The notes beneath the pieces are model-generated. The model did not search any database. It saw nothing but the letters and a program-made list of their open reading frames with translations, and was not told the origin of the DNA. Of a DNA stretch of 64,000 nt, positions 47,820 through 57,398 are shown in pieces (the first letter of the stretch is position 1; each line of letters opens with the position of its first letter). The DNA comes from Candidatus Obscuribacterales bacterium (GTDB lineage: Bacteria; Cyanobacteriota; Vampirovibrionia; Obscuribacterales; Obscuribacteraceae). The position numbers and the translations under genes were made by a program. The stretch spans positions 320,001-384,000 of the forward strand of contig CBDDIJ010000003.1 in assembly GCA_965228855.1 (NCBI GenBank), given 5' to 3'.

Positions 47820-48006
47820 ATGCATTCTAAAGCAGCGGAAAGTCACAGCACGGAGCGTGAGAAGAGCGATTGGGCGCTCTTGATCATAGATGTGATCAAT
47901 GATCTGGACTTCCCTGGCAGTGAGCATCTCGCTGAATCATCGCCTGCACTCGCCGACCGAATTTTGGGAAGCTAAAACAATTGCGCGACAAGCAAATGTT
48001 CCAATT
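47820..48006 (+). pseudogene. Isochorismatase-family cysteine hydrolase remnant (frameshifted, truncated)
   Basis: ATG 47820 gives ...WALLIIDVINDLDFPGSEHL...LADRILGS* (stop 47973-47975); a +1 shift continues EAKTIARQANVPI, after which similarity ends. Confidence 0.72.
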
Positions 48007-48144
48007 GGTCTCAGTGGATCAGCTCGCAGATACACTGAGTGACTGGTACGAAGCTGACAGATCATAGTCGAACTGGTTCGCTAGCCGAAGAACGACCTTC
48101 CGGCACCCGGTCGTCAGGTCTGGCAACTATTTGCAATCTAGGGC

Positions 48145-48175
48145 AAACGAAAAGCGACGCTTTGCAGCGTCGCTT
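48145..48175 (-). terminator. Intrinsic terminator of the DUF2188 gene
   Basis: Minus strand AAGCGACGCT-GCAA-AGCGTCGCTT followed by TTCGTTT. Confidence 0.72.
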
Positions 48176-48203
48176 CGTAACTGATATGAACTGTGAAAAA
48201 GCT

Positions 48204-48413
48204 TTAGTGCCGGCGTCCGTGGCTTTCGTAACTATCGCGTTTTTGAATGCTTCCGTCCCTCGCATAGATAAAAAGTTCTGACTTCTCCTCTTGAGCGACG
48301 CGTCTTCCGAACGTCTCTGCGTCATATCGCGTTTGGAAAAGCGCCTCGTTTTGTTCAGCAGCCCGAACGATCCACTGACTTCCAGAAGGCAGGACATGGA
48401 CGTCTTTTTTCAT
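48204..48413 (-). CDS. DUF2188 domain protein
   Basis: VHVLP...QWIVR......F.T..DA...GR..A....SEL.IY.RDG.IQ.RDSY; GAGG RBS. Confidence 0.88.
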   Translation of the reverse strand: MKKDVHVLPSGSQWIVRAAEQNEALFQTRYDAETFGRRVAQEEKSELFIYARDGSIQKRDSYESHGRRH

Positions 48414-48910
48414 TTTTAATACACCTCTTCGCTTGGTAAGTCACAAAAGGCGATTTAGTATCTGGCACGCCGTGACAGTTTCGATCCCAGCCTCGGCGCA
48501 CCCAATACCGTATTCACTTGTGAGGATCTCGATCACAAAACTGATCTGACGCTATGCCCGGCGCTCAATCAATTCGGCAATTGGAAACCGTATTTCAAAG
48601 ATAGCACCCGAATATCCGCAGTTGAAGTAGTTACAGACGATTCGCCCACTATCTGGTAGGTTACTATTGAATTCTATGAGCCTGGAGGCAACCTTTTTGA
48701 ATCCAAGAAAAAGACAAATTGAAATGTTATACGAGACTCACCAGCTTATTCGTTGGAGAAATCACGACACTATAGGTGGTGCCCATTTTAAGTACGGTTG
48801 CGCGAGCATTACGTGATGAAAAGTGAGTTTCAATTGTTTCAGAAAAGAAAGCCAATCTATCTTTCGATCACAAAATGATCGCTTAATTTGGAATAGAAAA
48901 GCGGAAGAAT

Positions 48911-49399
48911 TTGGAACCGAATATTGTGGGTCGCGTCGATGCTCAACACCCCAGCGCTGGACCGGCAGCAGCCAAAGGAGTTCTCAGTTCAGTTTCGAAT
49001 ATGGTTGATCAGAAAGTGGTGGCACCATGGACGGTGATGTTCGGCGATCAGTGGAGACAAGGCAACGCGCCCTCCCAGGTTTTACAGTGGTGTGTTGAGT
49101 CGGTTCGTTATAGCGGCGTGGTGTCGATCGTGGGAGTTTATCCACAGACTGCGAAATTCTTTCCGATTGGGCTGGCGATGAACAAATCGTTAACGATAAG
49201 AGGGGCGAACTGTAGTCACCGCAAGTACATGACCAAGCTGCTTGAAATTGTTGAAAAAGGTGATTTCCGTCCCTCCAGTATTCTGACGGTAACTGATGGA
49301 TTTACAGACGCGATCAGCTGCTATGAGAATTTTGATAAGCGCTGCTCAGGATGGGTGAAAGTGGAACTTATTCCGAATCAATCAACTAACATCAGTTAG
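48911..49399 (+). pseudogene. C-terminal fragment of a zinc-dependent (glutathione-dependent formaldehyde dehydrogenase-like) alcohol dehydrogenase
   Basis: VDAQHP..GPAA...W..GNAPSQVLQW.V...SIVGVYP....FPIGLAMNKSLTIR..NCSHRKY...GWVKVEL.P; the N-terminal GHE/Zn and Rossmann parts are missing. Confidence 0.75.
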
Positions 49400-49573
49400 C
49401 CGACACAGGCTATCTATCGTTCCAAGGCCTTTGAAATGCAACTAAATTCCGACAAGGGTTCGTTTGCTTTTGGCTGCCTGGCGGCAACGTGGCCATTATG
49501 TGCTACTAGAAAAACAGTTGAAACTCAACCCTCTCACGGGCACGTTGAGGGGAATTCTGTTGGCAGAGTCGCG

Positions 49574-50344
49574 ATGAACACATCGATAAAGAGATTTCCA
49601 GGCGCGGACATCTTCGATTGGATAAGTCCAGTTGGGGCATCCGTTCGGCTGATGTTCGGGCTCTTAAGTCTCAAAGGAATCAAGGAGCTTGACTGGGTGG
49701 AGATGCGTGGGCACTGCCGCTGGATGGGTCTGCAATCCTTTCATTTTGTGAGCCTTTCGGCCGCGCTCGTTGCAATTGCCCTGACAATCGAAACCGTTGT
49801 TGAATTGCAGAAATTTCAGGCGCAGGATATCTCCGGTGCCGCGATTTCGATTGGGCTGCTCCGCGAAATCGGTCCGCTCACGATCAGTGCCGGATGGTGC
49901 GCGATGGTCGCAGCTCGGCTAGCCGAGGAAGCTAAAGTGCACTATCCCCAATACCACTCGGATAGAAGCTTTTCGCAGGGATTCATCCTGCCCCGACTGA
50001 TATGTGCACTCGGGATGTCTCTTCCGCTTGGCGCGTACGGGCTGCTCTTCGGCTTCCTCACGGGTGCGCTGTTCGCTCCCCTCATCGGAGTTACGTCGAC
50101 AACGGATTTTCTCGAATCCGCGCGTTTGGCTATCCACGATAAGGATATCGCTGTTTATTTCATCAAGTTGGTGCTTGTAAATCCAACTGTCGGTGTGTTC
50201 GCCGGTACTGTATGTGGAATGGCTGCAAAAGGTCGTCCCCAGCCTGTAGCAGCCAGTGCTGTTAGTGCAACGCTTCTAGTTTGTTTCGCTCTAAATCTGT
50301 TTGTAACTGTTGCTGCATACTTGCAAGGAGAGCCTAACCTATGA
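49574..50344 (+). CDS. mlaE: MlaE family lipid ABC transporter permease
   Basis: GLQS...V, LLREIGPL.I, PRLI, YFIK; multi-TM; overlaps mlaD start. ATG 49574 preferred. Confidence 0.78.
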   Translation: MNTSIKRFPGADIFDWISPVGASVRLMFGLLSLKGIKELDWVEMRGHCRWMGLQSFHFVSLSAALVAIALTIETVVELQKFQAQDISGAAISIGLLREIGPLTISAGWCAMVAARLAEEAKVHYPQYHSDRSFSQGFILPRLICALGMSLPLGAYGLLFGFLTGALFAPLIGVTSTTDFLESARLAIHDKDIAVYFIKLVLVNPTVGVFAGTVCGMAAKGRPQPVAASAVSATLLVCFALNLFVTVAAYLQGEPNL

Positions 50345-51678
50345 CCTCGACAGTCGACCGGCAGCAAGCAAATCAGAGCCAGATGCGTGACAGCCGCTTT
50401 GACAGTTCGCTAAGTATATTTTCGACTGTGGCGCTTATTCTTCTCTTGTGGGGATTTTGCTGGCTAAAAAACAACACTTCGCTGAGACCTCCGCAAATAA
50501 TCAACGTTGCCTTCCACGAAGTAGCGGGTCTGAATGCTAATGCCGGCGTGTTCGTGGACGGCGTCAGAGTTGGTATTGTCGATAAAATCGAATGGGTTGA
50601 AAGCCATCGAGTGCTTGTCAGAATTCGGATCAACTCAGATAGAGTTTCGATTCCTGTCGGCTCCAGCGTTTCTATTCTGACCAACGGAGTAGTCGGCGCG
50701 AAGTACGTTGAAATTACCATGCCACCAAAGCTTGCTGGTGGACGCCCAAAAATACCTAGCGATGAGGTTATTGATGGTATTGATCCAGTGCGACCTGAAC
50801 TGGCAATTAATAATTTGACGATAGCGCTCAGCGAAATTGACTTTCCGAATGTTCGGAAAAATCTCGAGGAAGACCATGACCGGGTAGTGCTTGCGACTGA
50901 TCAATTGACCGCATTGATGAAGAAATCCATGCCGCTTATCGAGAAAACTATTCCGTTGGAAGAGCGCGCAATTCATCTGTCTGACAAGTTGAACAAGGTA
51001 ACGGACAAGGTGTCGAAGCTTCTCGACAATCCGAATATCTCCTCGGACATCAAAGAGACCGCTCAACAGATTCGAATCACGATGGCTCACGTTCAGGAAG
51101 TCGTTAAAGAACTCAATGTCACTTTAACTGATGGTGAGCTTCGCCAGGATATCATCACAACAATGGATAAGTTGAATAAGGCCACTATCAGCGTTCAACA
51201 GTCCATGGAGATACTCCAAAGTATGAGTTCCGATAAGGAACTACGCGGTGATATCAAACAAATGCTGACTGACGCACGCGATACCATGGCTAAGGTCGAT
51301 CGAATTGTTTCTGATCCGAAATTTGGGACTGATCTGAAGGAAACTCTAGTGAAGAGCCAGGATGCGATCGAACATCTGGACCTGGCCGCACGGCAGATGA
51401 ATCAGATGATGAATAAGCGCGCTCCATTGCTGCATATGCTCTTCGGTCGACCCGGCAAGCTGCCGAAGAAAAAGAAGTCCGCCAAAGAAGTTGTGAAGGA
51501 ACGTTTGAGCGAGCCGAGTCAGAAACCGAAGCCAATTACCGCGCCGGTGAATTTGAAGCCCGTGCTACCTGAGCAGCGGTCAGAAACAGTTGTGCCTGCT
51601 GTGCCGGCTGTGCCTGTCGCGCCCATTGAACCGAGCACAAACGATACCTCAAGTGTCATTCCATCGGAATCTCACTAA
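50341..51678 (+). CDS. mlaD: MlaD/MCE family protein with long helical extension
   Basis: TM, then F.EVAGL...AGV.VDGVRVG.V..I...IP.GS...I.TNGVVGAKYVEI. Confidence 0.85.
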   Translation: MTSTVDRQQANQSQMRDSRFDSSLSIFSTVALILLLWGFCWLKNNTSLRPPQIINVAFHEVAGLNANAGVFVDGVRVGIVDKIEWVESHRVLVRIRINSDRVSIPVGSSVSILTNGVVGAKYVEITMPPKLAGGRPKIPSDEVIDGIDPVRPELAINNLTIALSEIDFPNVRKNLEEDHDRVVLATDQLTALMKKSMPLIEKTIPLEERAIHLSDKLNKVTDKVSKLLDNPNISSDIKETAQQIRITMAHVQEVVKELNVTLTDGELRQDIITTMDKLNKATISVQQSMEILQSMSSDKELRGDIKQMLTDARDTMAKVDRIVSDPKFGTDLKETLVKSQDAIEHLDLAARQMNQMMNKRAPLLHMLFGRPGKLPKKKKSAKEVVKERLSEPSQKPKPITAPVNLKPVLPEQRSETVVPAVPAVPVAPIEPSTNDTSSVIPSESH

Positions 51679-51708
51679 TTCAATTTGAAACGGCGAGTAA
51701 AAAGGCGA

Positions 51709-53775
51709 TCACTTTCTCGACTTCTGCTTCTCCTTAGCGGCGCCCTCGACGCGTTTGCTCTGAAGGTCTTCTTGCAAGACCCGAAGCTGATCTCGTAGCT
51801 CTGCAGCTCTTTCGAATTCGAGGTTGCGAGCGGCATTCTTCATTTCCTTTTCCAGTTTCTTTATGACCTGGTGGATGTCGAGCCCATGCGATTCGAGAAC
51901 GTCCTTCACCGTAGCGACCCACTTCTGTTTAGTGTCGCCGACTTCGAGTTCTTCTCTGCGACCACGCAACGTTTCCAAAATACTGTTAGTGGTGTCTTTG
52001 ACGATTGTAGTTGGAGTGATGTTGTGTTCGATGTTGTGTGCAGTTTGAATATCGCGACGGCGTTTGGTTTCGCTCATCGCCTTAGCCATCGAATCAGTAA
52101 TTCGATCTCCGTAGAGAACCACCTGACCGGCAGAATTTCTCGCCGCCCGACCGATAGTTTGAACCAGAGATCTTTCGGCGCGGAGGAAACCTTCTTTGTC
52201 TGCTTCCATAATCGCGACGAGCGAAACTTCCGGAAGGTCGAGACCTTCTCTCAAGAGGTTGACCCCGACAAGCACATCGAATGCACCGAGGCGCAGGTCT
52301 CGCAAAAGTTCTATCCGTTCCAAAGCCTTGATATCGCTGTGCAGCCAGCGTACCCGAATGTCGATTTCCTGGAGATAGTCGGTCAAGTCCTCTGCCATGC
52401 GCTTTGTCAAAGTGGTGATTAAAACTCGTTCTTGCTTGGCAGAACGTTCCTTGATCTCGCGAATGAGATCGTCGATTTGACCCTCAATAGGACGCACTTC
52501 AATCTCAGGATCTACCAGTCCGGTCGGTCGAATAATTTGTTCGACGACCTGCTCGCTGACCTCCAGCTCCCAGTCTCCTGGTGTAGCTGAAACGAAAACG
52601 ATCTGACCAACCTTGTTGAAAAACTCATCGGCTTTCAACGGTCGATTGTCACGCGCACAGGGAAGTCTGAAACCGTAGTCGATTAGAACGTCCTTACGCG
52701 CTCGATCGCCCTTGTACATGCCGTGCAATTGCGGCACTGTTACGTGCGATTCATCGATGAAGGTGAGGAAACCGTCGCGACCGAATCGACGCACGAAGTA
52801 ATCAATCAGAGTTTGTGGTGGCTCCCCTGGTGACCGACCCTCCAGGACTCTCGAATAATTTTCAATGCCGTTGCAGTAGCCGACTTCCTTGAGCATCTCG
52901 ATATCGAAGCGCGTTCGCTGCTTAAGGCGCTGCGCTTCGACGGCTTTGCCCTGACCGACGAGTTCACCGATACGTTCTTCCAATTCGTATTCAATCTGTT
53001 CGATAGCAGCTTCTAGAGCCAGCTCATCCGTGACGTAGTGCTTAGCCGGGTAGATCCGAATCATCTGCGGCATCTCTTCGATTTCGCCGGTGACCGGATT
53101 GATGAGCGTCAAACGCTCGACTTCATCTCCGAAGAGTTCGATGCGAATAATTCGTTCTTCGTAGGATGGATAAACCTCGATCACGTCTCCACGAGCGCGA
53201 AACCGCGACCGTTCAACCACCATGTCGTTGCGTTCGTAATAGATGTGCACGAGATCTTTCAGAAACTCATGCCTGTTCAACTCGCTTCCTACTGAAACTT
53301 CCAACGCCGCTGACAAATAACGTTCCGGAACTCCAAGACCGTAAATGCAACTGACCGACGCTACAACCACGACATCATCACGTTCATACAGCGATCGCGT
53401 GGTCGAGTGTCTCAATCGGTCGATTTCATCGTTGATGCTGGCTTCTTTCTCGATGAATGTATCGCTTGATGGGATGTAAGATTCCGGCTGATAGTAGTCG
53501 TAATAACTGATGAAATATTCGACTGCATTCTTGGGAAAGAAGTCGCGCATCTCGTTGCAAAGCTGCGCTGCAAGCGTTTTGTTATGCGCGAGAATCAGCG
53601 CCGGCTTCTGAGTTTCCTTGATGACATTCGCCATCGTCATCGTTTTACCGGAGCCCGTCACCCCGAGGAGCGTCTGGTGTTGCAGTCTTTTCAACACTCC
53701 TTCGGTCAACGCCTTGATTGCCTTTGGTTGGTCCCCAGCCGGCGGATAGGTCGAAACGAGACTCAGTTCTTTCAT
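51709..53775 (-). CDS. uvrB: Excinuclease ABC subunit B
   Basis: [78 protein letters not shown]. Confidence 0.98.
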   Translation of the reverse strand: MKELSLVSTYPPAGDQPKAIKALTEGVLKRLQHQTLLGVTGSGKTMTMANVIKETQKPALILAHNKTLAAQLCNEMRDFFPKNAVEYFISYYDYYQPESYIPSSDTFIEKEASINDEIDRLRHSTTRSLYERDDVVVVASVSCIYGLGVPERYLSAALEVSVGSELNRHEFLKDLVHIYYERNDMVVERSRFRARGDVIEVYPSYEERIIRIELFGDEVERLTLINPVTGEIEEMPQMIRIYPAKHYVTDELALEAAIEQIEYELEERIGELVGQGKAVEAQRLKQRTRFDIEMLKEVGYCNGIENYSRVLEGRSPGEPPQTLIDYFVRRFGRDGFLTFIDESHVTVPQLHGMYKGDRARKDVLIDYGFRLPCARDNRPLKADEFFNKVGQIVFVSATPGDWELEVSEQVVEQIIRPTGLVDPEIEVRPIEGQIDDLIREIKERSAKQERVLITTLTKRMAEDLTDYLQEIDIRVRWLHSDIKALERIELLRDLRLGAFDVLVGVNLLREGLDLPEVSLVAIMEADKEGFLRAERSLVQTIGRAARNSAGQVVLYGDRITDSMAKAMSETKRRRDIQTAHNIEHNITPTTIVKDTTNSILETLRGRREELEVGDTKQKWVATVKDVLESHGLDIHQVIKKLEKEMKNAARNLEFERAAELRDQLRVLQEDLQSKRVEGAAKEKQKSRK

Positions 53776-53952
53776 ATCACCCTTATTGGCTAAATCTGCT
53801 CAGCGGCGGCATGAGCAAGCGGTTTACTTCTGTAATTGAGTATAAAGTCAAAATCGCAATGCCAACCAAAAATAGCTGGAATTGCGACTAAGTTTAAGCC
53901 TGAACATATTTTGCTCGCGTCCGGTCCCCCGGAGCCTGGTGCTAGAGCTCTG

Positions 53953-54237
53953 TTATCCTGTGGTCGCCGATTCTTCGGTCTCGACTTCCTCGGCTGCTGC
54001 CTTTCTCTCGCCGACCGCAGCCGGCGTCTTTTCGGTTTTCTTCGAAGACTTCGGTTGATCCTTCTTCTCGGCGTCTTCGATTCCCGCGGCAACCTGATCC
54101 TGCGCGTCATTGAGCGCTTTTTTGAAGTTGCCAATACCTTGGCCTAGCGATCTGCCGATTTCCGGGAATTTCTTTGGTCCGAACAGCAAAAGTGCTGCTG
54201 CTGCTACGATTCCCCATTCAACTGGGCTGCTTAACAT
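53953..54237 (-). CDS. tatA: Twin-arginine translocase TatA/TatE subunit
   Basis: LLLFGPKKFPEIGRSLGQGIGNFKKA; GAGGGG RBS before ATG 54237. Confidence 0.92.
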   Translation of the reverse strand: MLSSPVEWGIVAAAALLLFGPKKFPEIGRSLGQGIGNFKKALNDAQDQVAAGIEDAEKKDQPKSSKKTEKTPAAVGERKAAAEEVETEESATTG

Positions 54238-54298
54238 GACTTTGCCCCTCATCCTTGGTCATTTTGACCGCGCTGTCTTACTTATTTTAATACAGATC

Positions 54299-55897
54299 CT
54301 ACTTCTGAGCACTTTGCCGTTGGGTGGCTTGTTTCAACAATTGCTCCTTCTTGTACTGTTTTACCGTATCGTTCATGTACGGGTTGATGACTACATCCAG
54401 CGGTTTCAAGTTGTCTTTTTTCGCTCTGTCAGCCAACTCCGCGATAGTTGCTTGCATGTAAACAAAATCTGAAACGAAGCCTTCGGGCTCCAGGTGTGCT
54501 TCCATCGCGGAGGCGTCGATTGATTCGTCCGGTTTATTCTCTATGAAGTTCATTGGGTTCATATCCGCGATGAAACCCACATACTTCGGATCCGGATTGA
54601 GACGAAGCCACTTGGGTTTACTTGCTAGCCAGAGGTTGTACGAAAGCGCGATATGCGGATGGTCCGGCTGTCTCTGTTCATGATCGAGTCTGGAACCAAA
54701 TATGGTGACTAGCAAATCAGGATATTGCAATGGGATTTGCTTTATGAACTGCGACCCGTCACGCTCTTGATAAAACTGTTCGGATTCGCTTAACACTGCG
54801 ATTCTCTTTGGCCATCTTGCATGAGGAAACAGCTTCTGCTTGAGCATCGCGTTTACAACTTCTGGGGCGTAATACTTCTTGTCGCCACCAGGGGCGGTGT
54901 AGTGTGCGATTGGAAATTCTTGCGATTCTTCCCAAATCTTATTGCCGTTTTCATCAAAGAACAGAACGCCGCGGGAGGGCTCCCGTCCAAGACCCAGGTG
55001 TTCAGTGCGATTGCGAAATACGTCCGATTGCCATGTCAATTTTTTCCAGTTGACCAGTGGTGTACCTGTCGCCGCACTTCCCTGGCGATAATACTTGTTG
55101 AGCAATAGCTCATTTGTAGTTCCAAGCACCGATGGGCTCATCAATGGTCCAATCGGACTTTCATAGAAAGCAGCCCACTTCAGAAACCCGAGATCTAGAG
55201 CGAATTTCGACATGGTGACCAGAAGAACGTTACCACCATTGCCCCAGCCGACGGCTCCAACATTATTCAGGTCGAGCTGCGTCGGAACGATCTCTGTTAT
55301 CCTTTTGCCCTTTGAGTCGGCCTTTTCGCCGTGAGCAAAGAGAATGATGTCCTTGAGCGCCGCTTGAGAGTTGGGACCGCGTTCGTCCCAGGAGCCGCCC
55401 GAGTGGAACTGTTTCAAACCACCGCCTGGGAAGGCGAATCGCACCTCCGCAAAACCGGATTGGGCGGCGTGCATGGTGAAGCGTAGTCCGCTGGGACCGT
55501 GCCCATCGGGCACGACAATTGCGATTGGGGCACCGTCTTTGTGTCTGGGAGTCTTCGGATAGATGATGTTGACCGCGAGCCCGCCATCCGGCGCCACTTC
55601 TGATGGAACGTAAACCGAGATGGACTCTTCCTTTTCCATTGGCAGGCTTTTTACACTCTCAGGCGGCAGTGGTGCCCCGTCAGCGGGAAGGCTGACAGGC
55701 GCTGGAGTGAGCGCCGCAACGCTGGAAAACACAACAGCGACTGCGACGGCCGAGAAAAGTCGATTCCGAGCTTGAATGTTGCCTTTCAAGCCACAGAAAA
55801 TATTTTTTTCCTCTGCACAAAATCGAGTTATGTTCAGTTTCACAAGCGCGGGCCCTGGTTTACCAATTAATTGACAGGTTATCAAATAGGTCTGCAC
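54299..55897 (-). CDS. Exported alpha/beta-hydrolase-fold protein with atypical GWGNGG elbow
   Basis: Signal-like FSAVAVAVVFSSVAA, VRFAFPGGG, VGAVGWGNGGN, YESP, DH..QPDHPH. True start probably later (e.g. TTG 55789). Confidence 0.6.
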   Translation of the reverse strand: MQTYLITCQLIGKPGPALVKLNITRFCAEEKNIFCGLKGNIQARNRLFSAVAVAVVFSSVAALTPAPVSLPADGAPLPPESVKSLPMEKEESISVYVPSEVAPDGGLAVNIIYPKTPRHKDGAPIAIVVPDGHGPSGLRFTMHAAQSGFAEVRFAFPGGGLKQFHSGGSWDERGPNSQAALKDIILFAHGEKADSKGKRITEIVPTQLDLNNVGAVGWGNGGNVLLVTMSKFALDLGFLKWAAFYESPIGPLMSPSVLGTTNELLLNKYYRQGSAATGTPLVNWKKLTWQSDVFRNRTEHLGLGREPSRGVLFFDENGNKIWEESQEFPIAHYTAPGGDKKYYAPEVVNAMLKQKLFPHARWPKRIAVLSESEQFYQERDGSQFIKQIPLQYPDLLVTIFGSRLDHEQRQPDHPHIALSYNLWLASKPKWLRLNPDPKYVGFIADMNPMNFIENKPDESIDASAMEAHLEPEGFVSDFVYMQATIAELADRAKKDNLKPLDVVINPYMNDTVKQYKKEQLLKQATQRQSAQK

Positions 55898-56118
55898 TGA
55901 GCATTATGCGCTTTCCATTCGGGCAAGCGCTAAAGCACCTCAATCCCCATAGACCTGAACCACGCGATTTTGAGCCCGGCTTAGAAATTTGTAACTGAGA
56001 GAGATCTAAGTTATTGAAACGACATCAGAGGATGCCGAGATCTCTGCACATCGAGGTGCCAAAACCAATTTCTTCTGGACAAATCGAATAAGGCGAAAGA
56101 GCAAACGGAAGGGGAAAT

Positions 56119-56156
56119 ATGGGTTCCAACCACGATGTTGGTCGTGGTTGGCCCAT
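56119..56156. terminator. Strong hairpin (terminator or sRNA element)
   Basis: ATGGG-tt-CCAACCACGA-N6-TCGTGGTTGG-CCCAT. Confidence 0.45.
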
Positions 56157-56339
56157 TGTTTGCGCGAGAAAAACTTAGGTTCTCAGGTTAACATTCGCAG
56201 GCTTCATGACCGAAGATAGTTACCTTGCTCGATCATAATTACCTCAAAGGAAGTGAGTGCACCGGATGGACTTTAGCCGGATACTTATAATCGGCTCATA
56301 TGTTCGCTTTGTTTAGAATCTGTCGTCAAACTTTGATGC

Positions 56340-56645
56340 TTAAACGGCAATCGCATCCGCCTCTTTTGCAGCTCGGTTGGCGATGAAGCAAGCTCGGCAG
56401 TAAACAGCGCGATTCTCTTTAGGTTTAAACGGCACTGTGGTTAACGCGCCGCAGGTTGCGCAGTCAATCTGATGCAATTCTTCGAGATTCTCGCCATTGC
56501 GTTTGAACTTGGCGGATACTCTGCAGTTCGGGCAACGTTTCGGAAGATTTGTGAGGCCCTTCTGCGCAAAGAATTGCTGTTCTCCTTCCGAGAAGAGAAA
56601 TAACTTGCGGCAATCGTGACATACCAGATTTTTATCGTTAATCAT
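56340..56645 (-). CDS. Zinc-ribbon protein (zf-trcl + CxxC-x17-CxxC domains)
   Basis: DKNLVCHDC...F.FS.GEQ.FF..KGL.N.PKRC..CR; CATCG...VPFKP...R.VYC..CF. Confidence 0.92.
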   Translation of the reverse strand: MINDKNLVCHDCRKLFLFSEGEQQFFAQKGLTNLPKRCPNCRVSAKFKRNGENLEELHQIDCATCGALTTVPFKPKENRAVYCRACFIANRAAKEADAIAV

Positions 56646-56728
56646 TAGGTGCTCTGCCCTGAGGTTCTTTTGTTGCGTAAACGTGTGATACCGTATGCGG
56701 TGAATACCGCGATGAAAAAGTTTGATAA

Positions 56729-57079
56729 CTAAATGGCGATGAGCTTTGACCTTTTGAATGCATCCAGTTGAAGAACGGCAACTCTTTCGAGACTTTCTGC
56801 CACATCCGGATCTTCCGGTCCCATGACTTTCTCTCTCAGCTCAATAAACTTTTCGTATAGAGCTCTTGCTTCCTCTTCTCTGTTCATCACGCAATACGAT
56901 GATGCCAGGCTATGAGTTGAAGCGACCAGACGAAAATCGATTTCGACAAAATCTTCCGCATCAGCGAAGGCGGCATCGAGAACAAGTCTCGCTGTATGCA
57001 GATCGTCTTTCATGAAAGCTGTTTTGAAATCTCTCGTGTAGGCATCCCATAGTGGTTCATGTCCGTTAGTTGCAGTCAT
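56729..57079 (-). CDS. TPR-domain protein
   Basis: STHSLASSY....REEEARALYEK.IELREKVMGPEDPDVAESLE; AGGAAGGA RBS. Confidence 0.8.
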   Translation of the reverse strand: MTATNGHEPLWDAYTRDFKTAFMKDDLHTARLVLDAAFADAEDFVEIDFRLVASTHSLASSYCVMNREEEARALYEKFIELREKVMGPEDPDVAESLERVAVLQLDAFKRSKLIAI

Positions 57080-57398
57080 CTCAGTTCCTTCCTAGTCGTT
57101 GTCTGTCGATCAAAACCATATTCGCCGCGTCCGTCGCAGCAACAAACGGGCAGATCTGATGAACTGCTCGGAGGAGTATTCGCTGGCTAAAGACTGCACG
57201 CTGTCATTACTAAGGTAACAAACGAGAATACCCGTGAAAAGTAACTTACCTGGCATTCGCTTTGCTTACCTTGGATGAAGTTTTTGATTGTGTAAGCCTT
57301 TTATGTGTTTTACCAAATGCATCGAGTCGACTTATTTTTTTCCCGGAATGAGAGTCAACGCGCGTTGTAACGATTGCGCGCTATAATTTGCACCAAAG

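Noticed and set aside
48140..48178. GGGCAAAC...GACGC as a c-di-GMP-I riboswitch
   Set aside because: Lacks the P2 stem/GCAAA arrangement and is fully explained as the DUF2188 terminator.
53900..53915. LexA box upstream of uvrB (TGAACATATTTTGC)
   Set aside because: Only a half-site match.
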